A program made the translations under genes and the position numbers. A stretch of 44,359 nt of DNA from Nitrososphaeria archaeon (GTDB lineage: Archaea; Thermoproteota; Nitrososphaeria; JACIWG01). The notes below the pieces were generated by a model. It saw only the letters and a list, made by a program, of their open reading frames with translations, was not told the DNA's origin and ran no database searches. This document shows positions 34,811-43,185 of this stretch, piece after piece. Each line of letters starts with the position of its first letter. The stretch's first letter is position 1. The DNA lies in the NCBI GenBank assembly GCA_029776125.1, contig JARVJS010000021.1, positions 1-44,359 of the forward strand, written 5' to 3'.

Positions 34811-36337
34811 TTAATTTGCGTGGCCTATTGACTCTGCAAAATTAAGTAACTCTATTCCTAAAACTCTTTTAATCTCTTCTTTATTGGTTATGCCTTGACT
34901 AACCTTGTATACTGCGTCTTCATACATAGTGTAATAAGGCAACTTTCCTTCCATTAAAGCAATAACTTCTTTATAGCTATTAAATCTAACTATTTCAGAA
35001 ATCATAGTTCTCCCCATATATCCAATCCCTGAGCAAAAAGAACAACCTACTCCAAAACAATTTTTACAAATTTTTCTTACGAGTCTTTGAACTAGTATTC
35101 CTTTTAGCAGAAACGACAGCGCTGTCATGTCTACGCCTAAACCTTGAAGCCTTATTAACGTTGAAGGAATGTCGTTTGTATGTAATGTAGAAAAAACTAG
35201 ATGCCCTGTGTCTGAAAGTGTTAAAGCATTCACTGCCGTCTCTCTGTCTCTTATTTCACCAACTATAATTACATCTGGGTCGTGCCTTACTATTGTCTTT
35301 AAATACATAGCAAAATCAAAACCCGCTTTTCTGTTTATCTGTACCTGATTTATAAAAGGAAGATGATACTCAATAGGGTCTTCTATGGAGTAAACTGTTT
35401 TGTGGATTCTGTCAAGCCACTGCACCGTTGCATACAAGGTGGTTGTTTTCCCTGACCCTGTAGGACCACAAACCAAAACTAAACCTGTCTGCTGAGAGGA
35501 AATTTCCAACCAATCGTTTATCTTGGTAAGCCCTAATTCATTTATATCTAAAAGCATTTTTTCTCTATCAAGTAATCTTATGGATACTTTCTCTCCATTT
35601 GCCGAAGGTAATGTAGCCACTCTTAAATTTATTAACCTGCCACAATAAGAATAAGAAAACGAACCATCCTGCGGTAGCCTCGTTTCTGAAACGTCCATCC
35701 CTGCACGATTTTTAATTGCAGTTACAAGTAAAGAATGTATTTCTATAGGTAAATACATTTTTATATACAAAACACCATCTATTCTATATCTAATTATTAC
35801 CACTTTTTCCTGCGGTTCTATGTGTATGTCAGATGCTCTGCTGTTTAACGCGTCTAAAAACAATTCATTTGTTGCAAGTATAGTTTCCTCTCTTTCTAGT
35901 AAAGATTTAACCCTGTAATCAATGTCATAAACCTTTACATTTTTCATCTCCAAATATTTTTGATAAAGTAAATTAGCAGGATAAGAAACCAACTGCACAA
36001 TCTTGCCTCTTGCATACTGCTCTACAATTTGCTTTGCTTCCATAGGAGAATCATGCAGAGTTGCTACATATAAAGTTTGTCCTGTATCTCCTAAAACTAC
36101 AGTTTTTGTATCTAGCAATATGTCAAGAGGTATATCAAAGGACGAAAAATTCTCTCCAATTAACGCTTCAGGACAAATTACGCAAAGTGCGTTTAATATG
36201 TGCTGCCTTTTGACAAAATTTAACCTTATAAGTATTTCTCCAAGCTTTTCACCCGTTATTTCCTGCTGCTTAAGCGCTATTTCAAGCTGTTCTTCGTTTA
36301 TTATCCCTTGCTGTAGTAAATACTCTCCAAGTCTCAT
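34811..36337 (-). CDS. Type IV pilus/T2SS assembly ATPase (PilB/GspE/MshE family) with MshEN N-terminal domain
   Basis: 508 aa. Walker A GPTGSGKTTT, Asp box and His box regions, tetracysteine CKNC ... CSFC. The N-terminus RLGEYLLQQGIINEEQLEIALKQQ fits the published 24-residue MshEN motif exactly. Confidence 0.9.
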   Translation of the reverse strand: MRLGEYLLQQGIINEEQLEIALKQQEITGEKLGEILIRLNFVKRQHILNALCVICPEALIGENFSSFDIPLDILLDTKTVVLGDTGQTLYVATLHDSPMEAKQIVEQYARGKIVQLVSYPANLLYQKYLEMKNVKVYDIDYRVKSLLEREETILATNELFLDALNSRASDIHIEPQEKVVIIRYRIDGVLYIKMYLPIEIHSLLVTAIKNRAGMDVSETRLPQDGSFSYSYCGRLINLRVATLPSANGEKVSIRLLDREKMLLDINELGLTKINDWLEISSQQTGLVLVCGPTGSGKTTTLYATVQWLDRIHKTVYSIEDPIEYHLPFINQVQINRKAGFDFAMYLKTIVRHDPDVIIVGEIRDRETAVNALTLSDTGHLVFSTLHTNDIPSTLIRLQGLGVDMTALSFLLKGILVQRLVRKICKNCFGVGCSFCSGIGYMGRTMISEIVRFNSYKEVIALMEGKLPYYTMYEDAVYKVSQGITNKEEIKRVLGIELLNFAESIGHAN

Positions 36338-36343
36338 AGTGTA

Positions 36344-36874
36344 TTAAAACCTTACCATCCAATAGGTAACTATAACCTGTGTAGCTGTGTCTGGATCTGT
36401 CATGTTAGAAGAACTTGGACAAGTAGTGTTGTAATAAATTTTATTTGGATAATTAAGCGCCAAATCTTTTATTGTTTTAAACACTTCTGATGAACTTGTT
36501 ACAGCAGGAGTTTTTACGCAAACATAATATCCACTATCGTTTTTAAACATTAAATAACCATTTACCCCATAAGAAGTATCAAGCTCAGAAGACACCTTCG
36601 GTGGCATCAGAAAGGAAGGCACAAAATTAGTGTCAGACAATAAATTACTTGCGTGCGTAGGGTAATCATTTTTCGTGGTAACAAAAAAACCAAGTGCACT
36701 TTCCATTGCAGTAAAATCTGAAATCAATCTTGACTGTAATGTTTTCTTCTTGTTTTCTGCCATGTTTACATTAACAAGTGGTACTACAATAGCAATTATT
36801 AACGCCAATAAAGTTACCACCACTACTAATTCAATCATTGTAAATCCAGTATTACTCATTAACCTTTTTTTCAT
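36344..36874 (-). CDS. Type IV pilin/pseudopilin (second)
   Basis: 176 aa. MKKRLMSNTG/FTMIELVVVV (G-1, F+1, E+5). SD AGGAGAGG. Confidence 0.8.
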   Translation of the reverse strand: MKKRLMSNTGFTMIELVVVVTLLALIIAIVVPLVNVNMAENKKKTLQSRLISDFTAMESALGFFVTTKNDYPTHASNLLSDTNFVPSFLMPPKVSSELDTSYGVNGYLMFKNDSGYYVCVKTPAVTSSSEVFKTIKDLALNYPNKIYYNTTCPSSSNMTDPDTATQVIVTYWMVRF

Positions 36875-36890
36875 TTTTCCTCTCCTCTTA

Positions 36891-36921
36891 CAAGAAGCGA
36901 GGGGGTTTCCCTCGCTTCTTG
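36891..36921 (-). other. 13-bp-stem GC-rich hairpin filling the gap between the two pilin genes
   Basis: CAAGAAGCGAGGG-GGTTT-CCCTCGCTTCTTG, a perfect stem. No U-tract follows on the minus strand; the SD of the next pilin follows immediately. Confidence 0.6.
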
Positions 36922-37455
36922 CTATTTTGCTACTACCTGTTTTAATGCAATGTTGTTAGTGCCATCATTGTAACATTGTATGCTTTTGCCAGTTGTAACA
37001 GCATTGGGAATAGCATCGTTTTCTCCCGCTCCTGCATAAAGATGGTTAATCTTTTTGCACACATCATCCGTAATCCCCTCAAGCAATATCACCGTGTCTT
37101 TAGTTGTTGATCCACCTAAATTATAATTAGTAGTATCAACTGTGTAGGCAAATGTTCCTGAATAGCCTGATTTTTTAGCAGCTGATGGTGGTTCTGGTTT
37201 TGCCTTTAGTATTCCCTCCGTCACTATTGCATCAATACTTGCAGGCTCAGTAGTCTTAGAAACGTAATACTGATTCCACGCTTCATCAAGAACTCTCAAG
37301 TTGTCTGCAATCTGTACAGCAGAAGACTGAACTGAAGTTTTCTGCAATGGATTACCAAGAAAACTGAAAAGCAAAACCGCAATTAGAGCAAGAACAATGA
37401 TGACAATCAGTAACTCCAGCAGTGTAAACCCCTTCTCATTTCTTAATGCTTTCAT
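36922..37455 (-). CDS. Type IV pilin (probable major subunit)
   Basis: 177 aa. MKALRNEKG/FTLLELLIVIIV (G-1, F+1, E+5). SD GGAGGTA. Followed by a strong hairpin. Confidence 0.85.
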   Translation of the reverse strand: MKALRNEKGFTLLELLIVIIVLALIAVLLFSFLGNPLQKTSVQSSAVQIADNLRVLDEAWNQYYVSKTTEPASIDAIVTEGILKAKPEPPSAAKKSGYSGTFAYTVDTTNYNLGGSTTKDTVILLEGITDDVCKKINHLYAGAGENDAIPNAVTTGKSIQCYNDGTNNIALKQVVAK

Positions 37456-37489
37456 TTCAAATACCTCCTTCTTTTTTTTATTAAACCTC

Positions 37490-39055
37490 TCATGAGGTTT
37501 TACTCTTTTTTAAAGGAACAAACTCAATTATGGTTGGTTTGACCAGTATTACAAGCTCCTCCTTTGTCTTAGTCCTGTTCATCTCCTTTGTTAACACAGT
37601 GTCAAACCCTGGTAAACCATGAGTAGTCCCTAGTTCTTTCTCATAAATCAATCCTCCTAACAAAACAACCTGCTCTGGAGACATTCTTATGTATGTGTCC
37701 ACCTTTTTAACCGCAGTTTCAGGTTGCGTTATGTTGCCAATTTGTTGCCCCGCATTTAAAGTTATTAGCCTTACTACTTCAGACACGTTTACCTTTAAAT
37801 TAATACTTAAAACATCAAAACTTTTGTCATAATAGGGTAATACTTCCATCTCTACACCACTTTTTGCTTTCTCGCTTGTTGCGGTACCTATGGTGGTTCC
37901 AGAAGTCCCAGAAGTAGACAGAGAAACCTCTTTTATGTAAGGTATCTCCCTTGCTACTTCAATTTTTCCCTTTACTCCTGAAAGCGTCTGTATGTATACG
38001 TCCTGAAGAATTGAATACTTTCCATAACTTTCAAGAAAACTTAAAAGCCCAGATAAGGTAAACTTGTTTCTCTCTAAAAACACCAACGCTCCTACATCGT
38101 TTGTTACCACCCCTACCCCTGTTTTGTATAAAGTTTCAGTAGTTGTTCTCAATGTAGTTGTGCTCTCCGAAGTAGAACCATTGTTATTTATATTGTTATC
38201 ACTACTCTGAATTAATTGACTATCAAATATGGACTTCATCTTTTGAGAACCCCACCCAAAATTTAATCCGCTCCAGTTTATTCCTATGTTTTTGTCAGAA
38301 CTAAAACTTACTGAAAGCAATACTATCTTCAGATTAATTAAAGAAGCGTTTTTTAAAAAGCCTTCTAAAAATTTTCTTATTCTTTCATAGCTGTTATAGT
38401 CTGCTGTAAAGCTTAGCGTAGTAGTTAAATTGTTATAAGCAATGTTAAATCCACCTAACTTCTCTATGCTTTCTTTTAAATGCTTCAATAAATCAGGATA
38501 GTTAGGAACAGAAATGTTAAAAATTTTACTCTTTTCAACAACTATTGTTCTGTCGTCGTGACAGTTAAAAAAATAACCCGTTTTTTGAGAAAGTAACTTT
38601 AACAAATTATCTACTTTGCCTTTATATTTTAAGGTCAATAAGGGTTCATTTTGACTACTAACAACAGATATAGCCGGAACTCCTTGTTTTTCTGTTGTCC
38701 CAGGTTGAGACATTAAAACACCACTACACCCTGCATTACCGCAAGACTCTATGATAACTCCTATGTTCAAAGTTGAATACAAAGAAGATATAATAGTTTT
38801 TATATCTGCATCTATAAATTCTATATCCACATCTTCGCTAATTTTGCATTGTGAATCCTCTGCTTTTATTAAAAAACCATCGTCTATAGGAATTTGTAAT
38901 TTTGCAGGTGTTACCTGCATTTCATTCTCAATTTTTGTCTGTTTTTCTTTTACAATTTCAGATATGTTGTCTGATTGAATTTCTTTCATTGAGGTACAAG
39001 AAACTAACATTAAAGATAAACACAATAAAATTAATACAAATTTTCGTTTAATCAT
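37490..39055 (-). CDS. Secretin, lipoprotein type (PilN-R64/PilQ/GspD family)
   Basis: C-terminal secretin domain (GVEMEVLPYY ... VVLLGGLIYE ... GLPGF ... ELVILVKPTII). Lipobox LMLVSCTS. The ORF is open to 39094, but the ATG at 39055 has SD AAGAGG and yields a normal signal peptide. Confidence 0.85.
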   Translation of the reverse strand: MIKRKFVLILLCLSLMLVSCTSMKEIQSDNISEIVKEKQTKIENEMQVTPAKLQIPIDDGFLIKAEDSQCKISEDVDIEFIDADIKTIISSLYSTLNIGVIIESCGNAGCSGVLMSQPGTTEKQGVPAISVVSSQNEPLLTLKYKGKVDNLLKLLSQKTGYFFNCHDDRTIVVEKSKIFNISVPNYPDLLKHLKESIEKLGGFNIAYNNLTTTLSFTADYNSYERIRKFLEGFLKNASLINLKIVLLSVSFSSDKNIGINWSGLNFGWGSQKMKSIFDSQLIQSSDNNINNNGSTSESTTTLRTTTETLYKTGVGVVTNDVGALVFLERNKFTLSGLLSFLESYGKYSILQDVYIQTLSGVKGKIEVAREIPYIKEVSLSTSGTSGTTIGTATSEKAKSGVEMEVLPYYDKSFDVLSINLKVNVSEVVRLITLNAGQQIGNITQPETAVKKVDTYIRMSPEQVVLLGGLIYEKELGTTHGLPGFDTVLTKEMNRTKTKEELVILVKPTIIEFVPLKKSKTS

Positions 39056-39106
39056 TTTTGCCTCTTTTTTAATTTGTTTTTGAACTATTTGCATTTTTTG
39101 TATTTT

Positions 39107-39159
39107 CTATATATAGGGTACTTTCAAGTATCCTTATTGGATAAGGACTTTTGAAAAGG
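39107..39159 (-). promoter_or_regulatory. Element promoter-like motif, copy 9 (class B)
   Basis: Transcribed strand reads CCTTTTCAAAAGTCCTTATCCAATAAGGATACTTGAAAGTACCCTATATATAG. It lies between the HD-GYP stop and the secretin start. Confidence 0.65.
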
Positions 39160-39178
39160 TGAAACAAAAAAGTTTCAC
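39159..39178 (-). terminator. Weak AT-rich hairpin GTGAAAC-T6-GTTTCAC overlapping the HD-GYP stop
   Basis: 7-bp stem followed by CTTTTC on the minus strand. Low predicted stability. Confidence 0.3.
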
Positions 39179-40095
39179 AAAATTGACAAAAAAGCCTTTA
39201 CATTTTCTTCGCCAAATTTTTCCTTATTTGCTTTTATGTAACTTAAGGCTATATCTTGATCTATAGCAGTCCTGTATGGACGATTGTTTATTAAAGCATC
39301 ATAAACATCTACTATTGCTACTATTTGTGCTTCTACAGGTATTCCATTTTTTGTCAAACCATAGGGATAACCCGTTCCATCACATCTTTCATGATGAAAA
39401 ACACAAATATTTTTTGACATTTCTTTAATGTTTTTGTCTAAAAACTTCAGTTGTCCAGCTACCAGCCCTCCCCAAATTGTATGAAATTCTACGACTCTTC
39501 TCTCTACTATAGTTAGTTTGCCTTTTTTGTTTAAAAGAGAGCTTGGAATAAACATTTTCCCTATATCATGCAGTAAACTTGCCAGACTTATTTGTTCAAC
39601 AAATTCATTGCCTAAGTTTAAATAAGCCGCCATCCTACGGGAAAGAGTAGAAACCATTTTGGTATGATGAACCCCTTCTAATGCAGAAACTATTGCTAAT
39701 ATTCCCTCTTTTAACAAAGTTTTATCACTATTTAACTTTAATATAGAATAGTAATACCCTAAAAATATGTTTAAATCTGCTATGTTCCAAAAACAGGGAA
39801 CTTTCTTTAAATATAGTGTCTTAACTATATAACCCAATTTGTCTCTAGTAACTCCATCACATAGGTTACAAGGATAATAAATAACCGCATCTACACCAAC
39901 CTCAATTAGCCTGTCTATATAGTCAAATACTTTTTTTGTTATGTTTCTTGTCTGTATTATATAAAGACTTTCTCCATTTACACTTACCGGCTCTCCCATT
40001 TTCTCAACCTCAACATCTAACCCATAAAACATAAAAACAGGTATATCATTAAATTTTTCTATATCTCTTTCGTCTTCCATTACCCACTTGAACAT
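39175..40095 (-). CDS. HD-GYP domain c-di-GMP phosphodiesterase with an uncharacterised N-terminal domain
   Basis: 306 aa. LLHDIGK ... HHERCDGTGYPYGL ... VDVYDAL. The first 150 aa or so are unassigned. Confidence 0.85.
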   Translation of the reverse strand: MFKWVMEDERDIEKFNDIPVFMFYGLDVEVEKMGEPVSVNGESLYIIQTRNITKKVFDYIDRLIEVGVDAVIYYPCNLCDGVTRDKLGYIVKTLYLKKVPCFWNIADLNIFLGYYYSILKLNSDKTLLKEGILAIVSALEGVHHTKMVSTLSRRMAAYLNLGNEFVEQISLASLLHDIGKMFIPSSLLNKKGKLTIVERRVVEFHTIWGGLVAGQLKFLDKNIKEMSKNICVFHHERCDGTGYPYGLTKNGIPVEAQIVAIVDVYDALINNRPYRTAIDQDIALSYIKANKEKFGEENVKAFLSIL

Positions 40096-40127
40096 ACCTG
40101 CTTTATTACCTTACCCTCTCCTTTTCC

Positions 40128-41807
40128 CTAATCATTTCGTGGCGGATATACTCTTTTAATATCCAACAACCTACCCTCTTTCATTACCTCTAAAGGTCCT
40201 ACATCTATTCCAAACGCCTCTTTCGCCCTGAAAGGTACATATAACGCCCTGGAAATTCTCTTACCATCTTTATCCTCTAATATGAAAGGCGCAGAAAAAT
40301 ATCCATCCCTGATTAGCGAAGTCTCTATACCATCTAACTCATCTCTTACTCTACATAAAACTGAATACACATAATCCCTCTTTATAGATTTGTCCGAACT
40401 TGCTAAATCTAATATGCCCCGCTCCTCTGCCATTACTTTAAGCTCAGTAAATATTAAATCAGGCAAAACATAAACTACTCCATTGTTCATACTAAATGCT
40501 TTCCATGTTTTTTTATCGTCAAGTATGTTTACATGCCTCCTAATCCTACCTAAAAACTCTCTAAGATCTAACCATTCAAGAGGAACTCGCTTGGGCTTGT
40601 TTTCTTTCCTTTGGTTTTCCAATACACCTGCATCAGGACTGATAAATATGTTAGAATAATTGCTGGCTTCAATATCTTTCATCCTCTCATATTTGCAATT
40701 TCCTTGCCTTTCCTCCTCAAGTCCAAATATTTCAGGCACACCATTAAAAGCACTTTCGTTCTCTTGCTCTGACAATATATACTGGCTTAAACCAAAAACA
40801 CTTAACTGAGATTGTTTGTTCGTTCCTTCGTTTGATACCGTTTGATTTGTTGTTTTCTCTGTCGTTTGATTTATATCAGGTTTGGTGGGGGTTTGATGGG
40901 TTTGATGGGTTTGATCCTGTTTGATAAATTCTGTATTTCTTTCTGTAGTGTCCAATGTAGAGACTACAGAAACTGTACTGCTTACATGAGGGTCTCCTGT
41001 CTGCCCCAATACTTCCTCCGTTAGTATTACATTGCTTGTCTGACTTAATTCCCTACGCCTTGCCCTCTGGTCTGCTTCCTTTAAATACTCTGTTAACTTG
41101 TCCTTCGGCTTTAGGTGATGATCCCGCACTGCTTTTAGCACATCATCTGCATATACAAGATTTTTAAAATCAGGTAACTGCTCTAATACGCTTACGCTTA
41201 TAAATGGATGATCCCCAAAAGCATAATACTGTTGCCTGTATTTTGGTATCTTGCCTATGTCATGCCCAAGTGCTGCAATTATTCCCTTCGGTATCATTGG
41301 ACCATAAGGAATTATCTGTATTATCTCCTCTGCCACATGAATTGTATGCTCAAGTAAAGAAATACTGCTTAGTTTCTTATAAATGTCCTGCCCAATTTTC
41401 CCTTCCGTGTCTTGCTGTCCTGATACAACAGAGGATACATTGCCTTCTGTATCAAGCAAAGTCAACAAATTTAATATAACCTTCTTGGTATTGCCAGTAA
41501 AAAAAAGTTTTCCTTCTATATGCTCTTTAAAAAATTTGTTTAATGCTTCGCTGTAAAACTTTATCTCCTCTTTCTCTGTATCGCTTTCCGACTTTATAGA
41601 ACGCCAGAGCAAAGAAAGTTCTTCTATGTTGAGAATGGCTTCCTTTCTTTTGCTCCAGATTACTGCTATGGTATCAAGAACTATTGTTTGTCTCTGCTTT
41701 TTTGACGTTTTTTTTGTACTTTTAGGTAATATAAAATCCCTAGCAACCCAAAACAACATAGCACTCCCTGCTATTCCTGCAACAAGAAAAACTTCACTAT
41801 GCAACAT
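40128..41807 (-). CDS. HD-domain protein, candidate MOB-H-type relaxase (TraI_2-like), with N-terminal TM
   Basis: 559 aa. LLEHTIHVAEE ... AALGHDIGK ... DHH (HD domain). C-terminal NNGVVYVLPDLIF ... resembles the TraI_2 C-terminal domain. Thr/Gln-rich linker. Its start overlaps the T4CP stop by 11 nt. The relaxase role is an inference. Confidence 0.5.
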   Translation of the reverse strand: MLHSEVFLVAGIAGSAMLFWVARDFILPKSTKKTSKKQRQTIVLDTIAVIWSKRKEAILNIEELSLLWRSIKSESDTEKEEIKFYSEALNKFFKEHIEGKLFFTGNTKKVILNLLTLLDTEGNVSSVVSGQQDTEGKIGQDIYKKLSSISLLEHTIHVAEEIIQIIPYGPMIPKGIIAALGHDIGKIPKYRQQYYAFGDHPFISVSVLEQLPDFKNLVYADDVLKAVRDHHLKPKDKLTEYLKEADQRARRRELSQTSNVILTEEVLGQTGDPHVSSTVSVVSTLDTTERNTEFIKQDQTHQTHQTPTKPDINQTTEKTTNQTVSNEGTNKQSQLSVFGLSQYILSEQENESAFNGVPEIFGLEEERQGNCKYERMKDIEASNYSNIFISPDAGVLENQRKENKPKRVPLEWLDLREFLGRIRRHVNILDDKKTWKAFSMNNGVVYVLPDLIFTELKVMAEERGILDLASSDKSIKRDYVYSVLCRVRDELDGIETSLIRDGYFSAPFILEDKDGKRISRALYVPFRAKEAFGIDVGPLEVMKEGRLLDIKRVYPPRND

Positions 41808-43164
41808 CAGCTGCTGCCTCCGGAAATTTTACATCTATGTATCTGTCTGTTACATCTATGGTTCTACCTTTAAACCTACCCTTGTAAGTCATCAAATAAA
41901 ACTGTCTTGGCGGTAAACTTAGTACATCGTAAGGTTTTATGATCGGTTCCTCTGATTCTTTTGTTGTTATGCCTGCGTTTGTAGTCAACACAGGTGATAT
42001 TTTCTTTTTCGTGCCAAAGTGTTCTGCTACATATTCTGCAGTCTCAGGATCAGGAACTCTCATGAATAGCTTTGTATTTGTGTTGTCAAGTATGGAACGA
42101 CCAAAATCTTTACCTACTCTTGAGTAAATCTGATTAACTGACTGACTAAAACCATGCACCCAAACTCCTGCTCCACCTGCTTTGGCAAATAAATCCTCTA
42201 TATCATAATAAAGTGTGTTTTGTGCTTCGTCTATATAAAGTGCTAAAGGTGGATTTACTGTTTTACCAGAAGAAAACACCCTACCAACATAACTCTGAAT
42301 CATACTGATTACTACCTTACCAAGAGTAAACGCTGCTTTTCTTGTAAGGAGACTGCCAAGATGAACTACCATTATGACTCTCTGTCCAGATTCAAGTCTC
42401 TTAATAAATCTGTTTTCGTCTGCCTTACCTATTATCTTTCCTATGTTTCCAGAAGAAAGTTCCATCAGAGCAACTCTCAAAGAAGATGACACCTTTGAAT
42501 AGTAATCCTGCGGTGAATTCACAATTTTAAGAATATCCTGTTCCAGTTGTCTTGCTTCAGGTAAATCTATAGATTGAACTTCATGTAGTAATTTCTCAAT
42601 TTCTTCTTTACTCATTCTGTCTTTTACTTCATTAAGGTTAAAGGAATGAGGCTTGCCTTCAACTTTAGCTTTAAGCAACAAAGACTGCACAATTATCATG
42701 CTAATTTCGTAAGCTACATTGTAAAAAAACGGCTCCTTTACATCTACGCCACTTACTATGTGTCCTACAAGTTCCTCTGGCATATAGTAAAAAGCAAGTG
42801 GGTCTATTAACGCAGAATACTCAGGGAAAATTGCAGTTACAAGTATTAATTCTTCGTGCCTGCTTTCCTCAAAGGCAACTTGCACTACCTTTGAAAATAA
42901 CTCTATATCACCTTTTGGATCTACAATTACTACCGAATATCCTTTCCTTATGTCCTGCTCAACCATACTCTCTATAAGCCTTGTCTTACCCACTCTGGTA
43001 GTCCCGAAACACCAAAAATGCCCTTTTCTGTCAGAATCAGGTATGGAAATCGTAATCTTTTGAGAGGGATTATCCATTGAATAACCAACTCCTAAAATAG
43101 TTTTTTTCTCCTTCACCGCTTCATCTACCAAATTTTTCTCCTTACTGAAAAATTTAAACATCAC
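41797..43164 (-). CDS. Type IV coupling protein-like ATPase (TraD/VirD4/TraG family) lacking TM segments
   Basis: 455 aa. Walker A GTTRVGKT, VVIVDPKGD, Walker B LYIDEAQ and a C-terminal TraG-D_C-like block (LFMRVPDPETAEYVAEHFG). No hydrophobic N-terminus. Confidence 0.7.
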   Translation of the reverse strand: MMFKFFSKEKNLVDEAVKEKKTILGVGYSMDNPSQKITISIPDSDRKGHFWCFGTTRVGKTRLIESMVEQDIRKGYSVVIVDPKGDIELFSKVVQVAFEESRHEELILVTAIFPEYSALIDPLAFYYMPEELVGHIVSGVDVKEPFFYNVAYEISMIIVQSLLLKAKVEGKPHSFNLNEVKDRMSKEEIEKLLHEVQSIDLPEARQLEQDILKIVNSPQDYYSKVSSSLRVALMELSSGNIGKIIGKADENRFIKRLESGQRVIMVVHLGSLLTRKAAFTLGKVVISMIQSYVGRVFSSGKTVNPPLALYIDEAQNTLYYDIEDLFAKAGGAGVWVHGFSQSVNQIYSRVGKDFGRSILDNTNTKLFMRVPDPETAEYVAEHFGTKKKISPVLTTNAGITTKESEEPIIKPYDVLSLPPRQFYLMTYKGRFKGRTIDVTDRYIDVKFPEAAADVA

Positions 43165-43185
43165 TTTCTTTTCCTACCTGCTTAA

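Noticed and set aside
40841-40930. Cluster of GTTTGAT heptamers, including a 9-bp unit repeated three times (40889-40917), as possible iterons or oriT repeats
   Set aside because: They lie in frame inside the HD-protein linker and simply encode repeated Gln-Thr / Thr-His-Gln (DQTHQTHQT ... NQT ... NQT). This is coding low complexity, not obviously a DNA-level site.
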